Positions 20,132 through 29,755 of a stretch of DNA of 64,000 bases are shown piece after piece. Below the pieces are notes generated by a model that was not told the DNA's origin, searched no databases, and saw only the letters and a program-made list of their open reading frames with translations. Position numbers and translations under genes: made by a program. The stretch is from assembly GCA_965140705.1 (NCBI GenBank), contig OZ223300.1, positions 1,216,001 to 1,280,000 of the forward strand, written 5' to 3'. This stretch comes from an uncultured Arcobacter sp. Lineage in GTDB: Bacteria > Campylobacterota > Campylobacteria > Campylobacterales > Arcobacteraceae. Numbering within the stretch: the stretch's first letter is position 1; each line of letters starts with the position of its first letter.

Positions 20132-21082
20132 ATGAAATTATTAAAAATTTTGTCAATAGCTACAATAGTTGCTATTGCACTAAATGCAAATGCGACTGAG
20201 CGAATAACTTTGAAAGCTGCAAAATCTACATCATCTTATTATCAAATGGCAGTACAAATTGGTGAAGATGTTAGTAAAGCTTCAAATAAAGATTTGAGTG
20301 TAACAATTGAAGAGAGTCAAGGGTCTGTTCAAAATGTAAAAGAAGTGCGAAAAAGAAAAGGTAACTATGTTTTTACAACACCTCCTGCTCTAATTCGATT
20401 GGCTAAAAACAAAAAAGCTATGTTTAAAAATGATAATCCAGAGGATTATTCAAAAATCAGATCACTTTTCCCTATTCCATATTTGACTATGCATATGGTT
20501 GTAAGAGCTGATTCTGGGATTAAGACTTATGCTGATTTAAAAGGAAAGTCTTTACTTATTGGAAAAGGAAGTTTTGGAGCTAAAGAGGCTAAAAAATATA
20601 TTGATTTATTTGGTTTAAAAAATGATGTTAAACTAATAAATGCTGAATTATCTGGTGCTGTAACTGCACTAAAAAATGGACAAATTGATGGTTTTGCAAC
20701 TTCTGGGTCTTATCCTGCACCAAATGTAATAGAAGCAAGTGCTAGTGATAAAATAAGACTTTTAAGTATGAGTGATGAACAAATTGCAAAAACAAAAAGA
20801 GATAAAATAATAATCCCTGCTGGTACATATACGGGTGTAGATTATGATGTCGCTACTACTACACTTCCAGTTGGAGTTTATACAACTACAAATATGAGTG
20901 AAGAGACTGCTTATAAACTTACAAAAGCATTTTGGGAATCTAAACCACAATTAGAGAAACAAAATATTTGGTGGAAAGCAATCACCTTTAAAAACTTAAA
21001 TATGTTTAAAACAAAACTACATAAAGGTGCATTAAAATATTACAATGAAGTTAATGCTAATATTCCCCAAAGCCTTAAATAA
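20132..21082 (+). CDS. TAXI-family TRAP solute-binding protein
   Basis: Signal peptide, GSVQNV, IPAGTYTG and LHKGALKYY motifs. Confidence 0.88.
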   Translation: MKLLKILSIATIVAIALNANATERITLKAAKSTSSYYQMAVQIGEDVSKASNKDLSVTIEESQGSVQNVKEVRKRKGNYVFTTPPALIRLAKNKKAMFKNDNPEDYSKIRSLFPIPYLTMHMVVRADSGIKTYADLKGKSLLIGKGSFGAKEAKKYIDLFGLKNDVKLINAELSGAVTALKNGQIDGFATSGSYPAPNVIEASASDKIRLLSMSDEQIAKTKRDKIIIPAGTYTGVDYDVATTTLPVGVYTTTNMSEETAYKLTKAFWESKPQLEKQNIWWKAITFKNLNMFKTKLHKGALKYYNEVNANIPQSLK

Positions 21083-22881
21083 TGACTCAAAAGAAAAGTC
21101 GGTTACTATCAATAAAATTTTTGGTAGTAACTTTTTTAGCATTTATTACTGTTGGTTTTCATATTTATCTAATCTTTACAGGGCTTATGCCAAACTTGGT
21201 AAGTAGACCTTTACACTTAGCCTTAGTATTACCTTGGATTTTTTTATTAGCAAATGATGAAGATAGTTCAAAGCTAAGTAAATATAGTGGATATGTTTTA
21301 TTAGTTTGTGGTATTTTTTCTTCTTTATATATTGTATATAATTATAGTGCTTTGGAAGACCAATATGGTTCCCTTGAAGGTTCACTACAATATTTTATTG
21401 CTATATCTTTACTTTTAAGTGTTTTAGAAATGGCAAGAAGGTCTATAAAACTAGCTCTTCCTTTGACTGCAACTATTGCTTTAGCCTATGGACTTTGGGG
21501 TCATTATATTCCTGGAAATTTTGGACACCAAGAAATACCAATGGATAGTTTCTTTGGTACTTTAGTTATAGCAGAAGGTGGTATCTTTGGAGCTTTGACA
21601 GGGGTTTCTGTTAATGTTGTTGCTGTATTTGTTATCCTTGGAGCCTTTGTAGGAATAGGTGAGGGTGGTAATGCTTTCATGTCTTTATCTACAAAAATAG
21701 CTGGAAGATTACGGGGTGGGGCTGCAAAAGTATCTGTTTTGGCTTCTGCTTTTTTTGGTTCAATTTCTGGTTCAGCTTCTGCAAATGTTGCCTCAACGGG
21801 AGCCTTTACAATTCCTACAATGAAGAGATTAAAATATCCTGCAAGTTTAGCAGGTGCTACTGAAGCAGTTGCAAGTACTGGTGGACAAATTATGCCACCA
21901 CTTATGGGAGCTGGGGCTTTTATTATGGCAGAACTTTTAGGAGTGCCATATGCTAAGATTATGGCAACTGCTATTTTCCCTGCTATATTATTTTTTGTAA
22001 CAGTTTGGATAGGTATAGACGTATTTGCTAAAAAATATAATCTTCTTGCTATGGATAAAGAAGATATTCCAAAATTAAATTTGGTTTTAAAGTTAGCACC
22101 ATTTTTTCTTATACCTTTTGGAATCTTACTTTATGCCTTGATAATAGTAGGGAAAACACCTCAATACTCAGCAGCTCTCGCAATATTTGCTTCTATTATA
22201 CTTTTACTTGTAAATAGGGATTGGAAAATATCATTTAAAGAGTTTATAGAAAAATTTGTAGATGGTTGTATTACTGCTTCTAGACAAATTGCATCTATTG
22301 CTTCTGTTATTATTTGTGCAGGTATTGTAATTGGAGTATTAAATATCACAGGTATTGGAGTTAAAATTACTTCTGCTATTTTATATTTATCAAATGGACA
22401 ACTTTTTGTTGCACTACTTTTAACAGCACTTGCTTGTTTAATTTTAGGTATGGAAGTTCCTACAACTGCAGCTTATATTATTTGTGTATCAATTGCAGGT
22501 CCTACTTTACAAGAGTATGGATTATCAGCCATTCAAGCACACCTTTTTGTATTTTGGTTTGCTTTACTTTCTACTATTACTCCACCTGTTTGTGGTACAG
22601 TTTTTATAGCATCTGGAATAGCCCAAGCAAATTGGATAGAAGTAGCTGGGAAATCTATGAAATTAGGTATTGGATTATATATTGTACCTTTGGCATTTGT
22701 TGTAAATCCATTTTTGCTAGAACCAGATACTAACTTTTTATATGCATTCTTATCTTTTATAAAAATTGCAGTTGGTTTAGGTCTTTTATCAAATGCTTTA
22801 GTTAATGATAAACAAAAAACAGTTTTAAGAGTATCTCTTGTACTTTTAGGATTAATAATTATCTTTTATCCCTTTCAATAA
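21082..22881 (+). CDS. TAXI-type TRAP fused permease (4TM/12TM)
   Basis: GSISGSASANVASTG, EAVASTGGQIMPPLMGA and ITPPV motifs. Confidence 0.92.
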   Translation: MTQKKSRLLSIKFLVVTFLAFITVGFHIYLIFTGLMPNLVSRPLHLALVLPWIFLLANDEDSSKLSKYSGYVLLVCGIFSSLYIVYNYSALEDQYGSLEGSLQYFIAISLLLSVLEMARRSIKLALPLTATIALAYGLWGHYIPGNFGHQEIPMDSFFGTLVIAEGGIFGALTGVSVNVVAVFVILGAFVGIGEGGNAFMSLSTKIAGRLRGGAAKVSVLASAFFGSISGSASANVASTGAFTIPTMKRLKYPASLAGATEAVASTGGQIMPPLMGAGAFIMAELLGVPYAKIMATAIFPAILFFVTVWIGIDVFAKKYNLLAMDKEDIPKLNLVLKLAPFFLIPFGILLYALIIVGKTPQYSAALAIFASIILLLVNRDWKISFKEFIEKFVDGCITASRQIASIASVIICAGIVIGVLNITGIGVKITSAILYLSNGQLFVALLLTALACLILGMEVPTTAAYIICVSIAGPTLQEYGLSAIQAHLFVFWFALLSTITPPVCGTVFIASGIAQANWIEVAGKSMKLGIGLYIVPLAFVVNPFLLEPDTNFLYAFLSFIKIAVGLGLLSNALVNDKQKTVLRVSLVLLGLIIIFYPFQ

Positions 22882-22907
22882 GCTATTAATAGGGTAGCTT
22901 ATTGAAA
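22873..22907 (+). terminator. Hairpin at the end of the TAXI operon
   Basis: TTTCAATAAGCTA-N9-TAGCTTATTGAAA. Confidence 0.5.
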
Positions 22908-22989
22908 AATTTTAATAAAATACTTCAAAATACTTGCATAAAATAAGTTTTTTTCTTATAATAAAGTAATTTAATAAGAAGTAGCCAAT

Positions 22990-23559
22990 ATGAACTTTTT
23001 CAAAAAAATTTTAAATTCATTGAATCAAATGTCAAGTCCCTTGTTTAGCTTCGATGCCAATAAATCAGAGCTATCTTTTATTTTACCAAATGATGAAAAA
23101 TTTGATTTTACATTGGAAAATTATGAAGTAAAAACAAGACATGATCCTTATGTCTTAGAGGCATATACTTTCAATAGCAAAGATATATTTTTTGAATATA
23201 TACATTTAGATACAAATACTTCTTGGAATGGTCTTGCACGAGGTTATTTTGAAGAGTTATTAAAAGACTCTATTAAAGAAAACTTAGAGTTAGAAGAGAG
23301 ATTTGAATTTAAGCATTATGAATTTTCTACTTATAAAACAGCTACAAAAGGATTTGTACACTTAATATATATTTGGGAAGTAAATAAGGAAGTATTTTTA
23401 ATAGATAAAAAAGGAATACTCTACAATGAGTTTATAAAACTACTAAAAAGTGATTATGAATATAAATATAGTGGAAGAGAAATTTTTGATTTATATCATG
23501 AAATAAGCTTAGTAAAGCATAATTCTTTAAATCATTATTTTAATGGAAGTAGTGATTAA
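22990..23559 (+). CDS. Hypothetical protein, paralog of the next gene
   Basis: 189-aa ORF sharing WNG, ERF..HYE.STYK and SLVK.N..N.YF blocks with 23596..24210. Confidence 0.7.
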   Translation: MNFFKKILNSLNQMSSPLFSFDANKSELSFILPNDEKFDFTLENYEVKTRHDPYVLEAYTFNSKDIFFEYIHLDTNTSWNGLARGYFEELLKDSIKENLELEERFEFKHYEFSTYKTATKGFVHLIYIWEVNKEVFLIDKKGILYNEFIKLLKSDYEYKYSGREIFDLYHEISLVKHNSLNHYFNGSSD

Positions 23560-23595
23560 AATATAGTATAATAGAAGAAAAACAAAGGATAACAT

Positions 23596-24210
23596 ATGTT
23601 TTTCAAATCTATTATTTTTTCGTTAATTGCTATATTTTTTACTTCTTGTGCTTCAAGTAGTTTTTACTATGATAAAAAAGAAAACTCTGCAAATATAAAT
23701 TTGTTGAATGTAAACAAAAAAATAACTCTTACAAATCCAAAGATAGAACACACCTTTTCACAATGTACAATTAACTCATATATATTAAAAGATGATAATA
23801 AAAAATATGGAAATTTATTTTTAGAAAATATTGAACTATATAATAATTGCCATTGGAATGGTTCAGCTAGCGGATTTTTTACATATGAATTAAAAACTAG
23901 AATGAAATTTAAAAGTTTTGAGTTAGTAGATAGATTTTCAAAAGATCATTATGAAATATCAACATATAAAGTAAACAATGAAAAATATGTAAGTATTATT
24001 GATATGTATACTGTAAATAGAGATGTTTTAATTATAGATAATAATGGAAAATTATCACAAGAAATAATTAAAATATTAGATCCAAAATTTAACTTTAAGT
24101 ATGTAAATTCTCCAAGAACAGATATAAATTATAACTATAGTTTGGTTAAATTCAATATGTTTAATTCATATTTTACAAAAGAATCTGAAAGAAGAATAAG
24201 GGGTAATTAA
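23596..24210 (+). CDS. Hypothetical lipoprotein
   Basis: Signal peptide with lipobox FTSC; SD AAGGA. Confidence 0.75.
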   Translation: MFFKSIIFSLIAIFFTSCASSSFYYDKKENSANINLLNVNKKITLTNPKIEHTFSQCTINSYILKDDNKKYGNLFLENIELYNNCHWNGSASGFFTYELKTRMKFKSFELVDRFSKDHYEISTYKVNNEKYVSIIDMYTVNRDVLIIDNNGKLSQEIIKILDPKFNFKYVNSPRTDINYNYSLVKFNMFNSYFTKESERRIRGN

Positions 24211-24280
24211 ATAACGGTGGGAATCACCGTTACTTATAAGGAGACAATAGCAACGAAAGCTAAAGTTTGTTTGTATGACA
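24205..24280 (-). ncRNA. Candidate sRNA (about 75 nt) containing an anti-SD sequence
   Basis: Minus-strand -10 TAGAAT (24291-24286), UCUCCUU segment, terminal stem UAACGGUG/CACCGUUA followed by UUUAAUU. Confidence 0.45.
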
Positions 24281-24366
24281 GAAGAATTCTAATGTAAATA
24301 GGATAAAATATATCCTATTTAAAAAAGTTAAGAAAAATAATTAAACTCTATTTAAGAGTTCAGTTT

Positions 24367-25539
24367 TTATAAACGACTCCAAACAAAGGGTACATTAGTT
24401 TTTACCCAAAGTGATATACTATCAACCAGTTGTTCCCACAAACTACCTTTTAGGACACTATTCAATGCAATAAGTGGTTCTTTTACTAATACTTTATCTC
24501 CCACATCTACTTCTACTGTACCTAATCTTTGACCCTTACTTACAGGAGCAATAATTGGTTTTTCAATAGTTATAGTAGTTTTTAATTGTTTATCTTGGTT
24601 ACGTTGTATTGTTACAGCTAAGTTTTTGCTAAGTCCTAGTGAAATTTTATTGCTTTTCCCTTGCCAAATTTTGCTTTCTTTAATTATTGTATTGGCTTTA
24701 TATAATTTGTGTGTATCATAGAAAGTAAAGCCATAATTTAATAATTTCTCTGATTCTGTTGCACGGGCATTATTAGTTTCTGTTCCCATAACAACAGCAA
24801 TAAGACGCATGTTTTTTCTTTTTGCAGAAGAAGCTAAGCAATAACCAGCTGCCATTGTATGTCCAGTTTTTAATCCATCTACACTAGGATCTTTCCATAA
24901 TAATCTGTTTCTATTATTTTGACTTATATTATTATATTTGAAGTTTTTTATTGAATACCAAGAATAGTGAGTAGGGAAATCTTTTATTATTGCACGTGAT
25001 AATAAAGCAATATCATGTGCTGTTGAATAATGGTCTTTTGTTGGTAAACCAGTTGCATCATTGTAATGGGTATTTTTCAGTTCTAACTTTTTTGCATATT
25101 TATTCATTAATTTAACAAACTCTTTTTCACTTCCTGAAATGTGTTCAGCGATTGCAATTACAGCATCATTACCCGATTGAACTATCATTCCTTTTATTAG
25201 TTTAGATAAATCTACTTTTGTATTTACATTTAAAAAAGTTCTTGAACCAGTCATTTTCCATGCTTTTTTACTAATAAAAACTTTATCTTTTAAACTAATT
25301 TCTCCTGAATTAATTTTTGTTGATGCAATGTAAGATGTCATTAATTTTGTTAAACTAGCAGGTGGTAACTCTTCATCAGCATTTTTAGAAAGTAAAATTT
25401 CTTTTGTATCATAGTCCATAAGGATATAAGACTTAGCTTTGATATTAATCAAAGGTTGTGTTGATTTGTCCTCGTCTGCTTGAAGCCATTGTCCTAGAAG
25501 GCTAGTGATAATAAAAATAGAGTAGATGATTTTTTTCAA
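24367..25539 (-). CDS. dacA: D-alanyl-D-alanine carboxypeptidase (PBP5/6, peptidase S11)
   Basis: PASLTK (SxxK), SGN and KTG motifs plus a PBP5 C-terminal domain. Confidence 0.92.
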   Translation of the reverse strand: MKKIIYSIFIITSLLGQWLQADEDKSTQPLINIKAKSYILMDYDTKEILLSKNADEELPPASLTKLMTSYIASTKINSGEISLKDKVFISKKAWKMTGSRTFLNVNTKVDLSKLIKGMIVQSGNDAVIAIAEHISGSEKEFVKLMNKYAKKLELKNTHYNDATGLPTKDHYSTAHDIALLSRAIIKDFPTHYSWYSIKNFKYNNISQNNRNRLLWKDPSVDGLKTGHTMAAGYCLASSAKRKNMRLIAVVMGTETNNARATESEKLLNYGFTFYDTHKLYKANTIIKESKIWQGKSNKISLGLSKNLAVTIQRNQDKQLKTTITIEKPIIAPVSKGQRLGTVEVDVGDKVLVKEPLIALNSVLKGSLWEQLVDSISLWVKTNVPFVWSRL

Positions 25540-25653
25540 GATGTTTTCTCCTAAAAATAGTGTAGAAATTAATAATATATCTTATTTGAAATAAGGGAAT
25601 AAATTAAAAGGTGCAATTATATATTAAAAATATAAACACTAAATAAACTTAAG

Positions 25654-26283
25654 TTAATTAAAGAGTTTTAGTATATCTTTTTCTATAAATTTTAAATCAT
25701 CAGTTAATGTAAATATATCTAATTCACTTCTATTAATCATTCCTTCTTTTAATAAGGTATTTTCAATAAAAGAGATTAATCCCTTCCAAAAAGTTGTATC
25801 ATAAAGATATATTTTTAAATTTTGAAGTTTTTTTGTTTGAACTAATATTATTATCTCAAAAAGTTCATCAAGTGTCCCATATCCTCCTGGAAAAACAATA
25901 CAAGCAGATGAATGTTTTACAAGCATGTATTTTCTTGAAAAGAAGTAGTTAAAAGTGTGATTTCTAGTGGTATATGGATTCAGCCTTTGTTCTTGTGGTA
26001 TCAATATATTTAATCCAATTGATTCTACACCCTTTACTTTAAAGGCACCTCTATTTGCTGCTTCCATTATCCCACCACCGCCACCTGTTACAATATTGAT
26101 GTTGTTATTTGCTAAATTAAAAGCTAACTTTTCGGCCAAATCACAAATTTTTTTGTCTTGTGAAACTCTTGCACTTCCAAAAAACGTTACACACTTTTTA
26201 ATATTTTTATAAATCTCATCGCTACAATTAAAATCATTTGCTATTTTATTTTTTTCAATAATATCTTCTTTACACTCAGGCAT
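25654..26283 (-). CDS. LOG-family (TIGR00730-type) nucleotide phosphoribohydrolase
   Basis: FFGSAR, TGGGGGIMEAANRGA and PGGYGTLDELFE motifs. Confidence 0.9.
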   Translation of the reverse strand: MPECKEDIIEKNKIANDFNCSDEIYKNIKKCVTFFGSARVSQDKKICDLAEKLAFNLANNNINIVTGGGGGIMEAANRGAFKVKGVESIGLNILIPQEQRLNPYTTRNHTFNYFFSRKYMLVKHSSACIVFPGGYGTLDELFEIIILVQTKKLQNLKIYLYDTTFWKGLISFIENTLLKEGMINRSELDIFTLTDDLKFIEKDILKLFN

Positions 26284-26387
26284 TCTTACTCTTTTAAATT
26301 TTTATAGAATTATATTCAAAAAATATAAGAAAAAAAGTTAAATATAAATTTTGTTATAATTTAAAAAATATTTTATTAGGCAAAAGC

Positions 26388-27125
26388 ATGAAGATTAAAT
26401 TAAATTGTGATGTTGGTGATAGTTTTGGTATTTGGAAAATGGGTAATGATGAAGAGATAATGCCATATATCAATATGGCAAATCTTGCTTGTGGTTTTCA
26501 TGCAGGTGATGCTCTAAATATGGCAAAAGCAGTTAGTTTAGCTGTAAAGCATAATACTGAAATAGGAGCTCATATTGGATATCAAGATTTAGCAGGCTTT
26601 GGAAGAAGAAAAATAGCCTATTCTTTAGAAGAAATTTTAGCCATTGTTGTATATCAAATTGGTGCATTAAGTGCTTTTTGTAAAACCTATGGTAAAAATG
26701 TAAGTTATGTGAAACCTCATGGTGCTCTTTTTAATGATATGATGGATGATGAATTGATTTTTAAAGCAATTCTTAGTGCAATTAGCTCTTATGATAAAAA
26801 TATAAAGTTAATTATTTTATCAAGTCAAAAAAATGAAAAATATAAACAAATAGCGCTTTTATATGGTATTACACTTATATTAGAAGTTTATGTGGATAGA
26901 AATTATCATGATGAGGGATTTATTCTTTCAAGAACTGAAAAAGACTCTTTTATAACTGATGAGTTAGATATTATGCAAAGAGTTGAAACTTTAAAAGAGA
27001 GAGGATATATAACTAGTAAAAATGGCTTGAAACTTTTTTTACATGCTGATACAATATGTTTACATGGAAGTTCTGAAAAAAACTATGAGTTTATAAAAAC
27101 TGTTAGTGGATTATTAAATAATTAA
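26388..27125 (+). CDS. pxpA: LamB/YcsF (PxpA) family protein, divergent paralog
   Basis: LNCD.G.SFG, ANLACGFHAGD and VKPHGAL motifs, but GAHI and HGS replace GAHP and HGD. Confidence 0.8.
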   Translation: MKIKLNCDVGDSFGIWKMGNDEEIMPYINMANLACGFHAGDALNMAKAVSLAVKHNTEIGAHIGYQDLAGFGRRKIAYSLEEILAIVVYQIGALSAFCKTYGKNVSYVKPHGALFNDMMDDELIFKAILSAISSYDKNIKLIILSSQKNEKYKQIALLYGITLILEVYVDRNYHDEGFILSRTEKDSFITDELDIMQRVETLKERGYITSKNGLKLFLHADTICLHGSSEKNYEFIKTVSGLLNN

Positions 27126-27145
27126 TATCCTTTAAAAGTAGTTTG

Positions 27146-27177
27146 CACACTTCTTACACACTTTTTAAAGTTAAACT
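27146..27177 (+). promoter_or_regulatory. Class A direct-repeat box plus -10
   Basis: CACACTT-N4-CACACTT-N8-TAAACT. Confidence 0.55.
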
Positions 27178-27201
27178 TTGACTTTTAAATAAAGGGTAAA
27201 T

Positions 27202-27402
27202 ATGGCTGTATTATTATTTTTTGCAGGAGCATTATTAATTTATTTATATTCATTTTTATATAGAAGATTTGCTTTGTTTGCTACATTGGTTTTGTTTATA
27301 ATAGCATATAAGATGAAAGTAGATGTTGTTTTGATTTGTGTAACTATATCTATATTACTTGCAATAAGATTAAAAAAACATGGTGTAAGAGATGACCTTT
27401 AA
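27202..27402 (+). CDS. Small hydrophobic membrane protein
   Basis: 66 aa, mostly hydrophobic; SD-like AAGGG and a class A box upstream. Confidence 0.6.
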   Translation: MAVLLFFAGALLIYLYSFLYRRFALFATLVLFIIAYKMKVDVVLICVTISILLAIRLKKHGVRDDL

Positions 27403-27430
27403 TAAAAAAAAATAAAAAATCTATTTTTAG

Positions 27431-27462
27431 CTTACCATTAACTCACTTTTATAAAATATAAT
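27431..27462 (+). promoter_or_regulatory. Class A box (weak first half) plus -10 of the HK1/RR1 operon
   Basis: CTTACCA-N4-CTCACTT-N8-TATAAT. Confidence 0.45.
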
Positions 27463-27480
27463 TAAAAAAGTAGGATTAGA

Positions 27481-29001
27481 ATGTTTACAGAAAAAAATAT
27501 ACCAAAACTAATTATATTAACTCCCATAATAACTGTTATTCTTATATCTTTTTTTAATATATACTTTTTTATAAAAAATCAAAATAACTATTTCAAAGAA
27601 GAGAGTAAAAGAGTTGAAAATGAATATATTAGAAAACAAAAAAATGTATTAAAAAGAGAAATAGAAAGTATAATAAACTATATAAATTTTCAAGTAAATA
27701 ATAACAAGAAACTAAGTGTTGAAGAGTTAAAAAATCAAATCTTAAGATATACAGAAACAATTCGTTATGGAAAGAATGGGTATATTTGGATACATGATAC
27801 TTCTTATTTCTTAAGAGCTCATCCTTTTAGAAAAAATAGTATAAATACTTATGATATTTCTTTAAAAGATGCAGTAGGTAATCTTATAACTAAAGAGTTT
27901 GTGAATAAAACAGTAAAAAAACCAAATGGTGTTTTTATAGAGTATTATTGGCAAAAACCAGAAAATAATACTCCTTCAAAAAAACTTGGTTTTTTCAGAC
28001 TTTATAAAAAATACAATTGGGTTATTGGTGCTGGATTATATATTGATGATATACAAAACTCAATAGATGAAAATAAACAGTTGTTAGAAAAAAGAATTGA
28101 TAAGTATATTAAATTGATTGTATTTGTATCCTTTTTTGTAATGATACTTATTGGTTTTATTTCATATCTTATGTCAAGAAAGATTAGTGAAGCTTTTAAA
28201 CATTACCAAGAAAATGTACAAAAAAAAGAGTTGCTTTTAGAAGATATGAATAAAAACTTAGAGAAAAAAGTCCAAGTGGCAATTGAAGAGGTTCAGAAAA
28301 AAGATAGGGCAATGCTACATCAATCGAGACTTGCTCGTATGGGTACGATGTTATCAATGATAGCTCACCAATGGAGACAACCATTAAGTGAAGTAGCTGG
28401 AATACTAATGGAGCTAGAAACTGCCTCAAAGTTTAAAAAAGCAGATGATATACTAATAAAAGAGTCAGTAGAAGAGTCTAATAAACTTATTCAATTTATG
28501 TCTTATACAATAGATGATTTTAGAAACTTTTTTAAACCAGATAAAAAGAAAGTCTATTTTTATATAGAAGATTCTTGTATGGAAGCTATTTCTTTGATTA
28601 GAGCATCTGTTAAAAACTCAAATATTAAGCTTCATTATAATATAAAAATGAATTATGAGATTTATGGTTATAAAAGAGAATTTGCACAAGTTTTATTAAA
28701 TCTTATGTCAAATGCAAAAGATATTTTAAATCAAAGAAAAATAGAAAACCCAAGAATAGATTTAGAAGTAGATTTTAAAGATGGGTATTCAATTGTAACA
28801 GTACAAGACAATGCAAATGGGGTAGAAGAAGATCACTTAGATTTAATTTTTGAGCCATACTTTACAACAAAAAGTAGTACTCAAGGTACAGGTCTTGGAC
28901 TATATATGTCTAAGATGATTATTGAAAAAAATATGGGTGGAGAGTTAAGTGTGGAAAATACAAAAGATGGAGCACTTTTTAAAGTAAAAATTAAGGCATA
29001 A
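27481..29001 (+). CDS. Cache-domain sensor histidine kinase (HK1)
   Basis: Two TMs, RYGKNGYIWI...HPF Cache-type segment, H-box IAHQWRQPL, FEPYFTTK, GTGLGL. Confidence 0.93.
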   Translation: MFTEKNIPKLIILTPIITVILISFFNIYFFIKNQNNYFKEESKRVENEYIRKQKNVLKREIESIINYINFQVNNNKKLSVEELKNQILRYTETIRYGKNGYIWIHDTSYFLRAHPFRKNSINTYDISLKDAVGNLITKEFVNKTVKKPNGVFIEYYWQKPENNTPSKKLGFFRLYKKYNWVIGAGLYIDDIQNSIDENKQLLEKRIDKYIKLIVFVSFFVMILIGFISYLMSRKISEAFKHYQENVQKKELLLEDMNKNLEKKVQVAIEEVQKKDRAMLHQSRLARMGTMLSMIAHQWRQPLSEVAGILMELETASKFKKADDILIKESVEESNKLIQFMSYTIDDFRNFFKPDKKKVYFYIEDSCMEAISLIRASVKNSNIKLHYNIKMNYEIYGYKREFAQVLLNLMSNAKDILNQRKIENPRIDLEVDFKDGYSIVTVQDNANGVEEDHLDLIFEPYFTTKSSTQGTGLGLYMSKMIIEKNMGGELSVENTKDGALFKVKIKA

Positions 29002-29003
29002 AA

Positions 29004-29684
29004 ATGGATGAAATAGCAGAACAATTAAAAAACTATACGATTCTTTGTGTTGAAGATGAAGATGGTATTAGAAAAAGATTAGTTAATACTTTAAAATACT
29101 ATTTTGCAGAAGTTTATGAAGCATCTAATGGGGAAGAGGGATATTATGTCTATTATGATAAAAGACCAAATATTATAATATCAGATATAGAAATGCCAGA
29201 GAGAAATGGTATTCAAATGATTGAAGAGATAAGAAAAAATGATTTAACAACCATTGTTATAATGTTAACAGCATATTCAAGTGAAGAGTATCTTTTAAAT
29301 CTTATAAATCTAAATATAAATCATTATATTTTAAAACCTGTTGTTTCAGATAATTTGTTAAGTGGAATTGTAAAAGCCTTTGGAAATAGGCTACAAAAAA
29401 AAGTTATCTTCTCAGAAGAGATGTATTTTGATATGGAAAAAAGAGAACTTTATTTTAAAAATGAAAAAGTTCTTTTAAGAAAAAGAGATAAGAATTTTTT
29501 ACTCTTACTCCATGAAAATAAAAATAGAGTATTAACATATTCAATGATTGAAGAGTATATTTGGAAAGATAAAATTATGAGTATGAGTGCATTAAAAACT
29601 TTTATAAAAGAGTTAAGACAAAGATTGCCAATAGAATTAATTGAAAATGTTCCTCAAGAGGGGTATAAACTAAAACTTTATTGA
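29004..29684 (+). CDS. OmpR-type response regulator (RR1)
   Basis: VEDE, SDIEMP and LKP receiver motifs; C-terminal winged HTH. Confidence 0.93.
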   Translation: MDEIAEQLKNYTILCVEDEDGIRKRLVNTLKYYFAEVYEASNGEEGYYVYYDKRPNIIISDIEMPERNGIQMIEEIRKNDLTTIVIMLTAYSSEEYLLNLINLNINHYILKPVVSDNLLSGIVKAFGNRLQKKVIFSEEMYFDMEKRELYFKNEKVLLRKRDKNFLLLLHENKNRVLTYSMIEEYIWKDKIMSMSALKTFIKELRQRLPIELIENVPQEGYKLKLY

Positions 29685-29697
29685 CAATATTCAAAAA

Positions 29698-29729
29698 CTC
29701 ACTAATTACTCACTATAAAAAACTATTAT
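29698..29729 (+). promoter_or_regulatory. Class A box plus -10 of the TRAP1 operon
   Basis: CTCACTA-N4-CTCACTA-N8-TATTAT. Confidence 0.6.
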
Positions 29730-29755
29730 TCCTTATCTAAAAATAAGGAAAATCT

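Noticed and set aside
20132..22881. TAXI transporter as part of the pxp island regulon
   Set aside because: It is separated by unrelated genes and I found no class A or B box in its upstream region.
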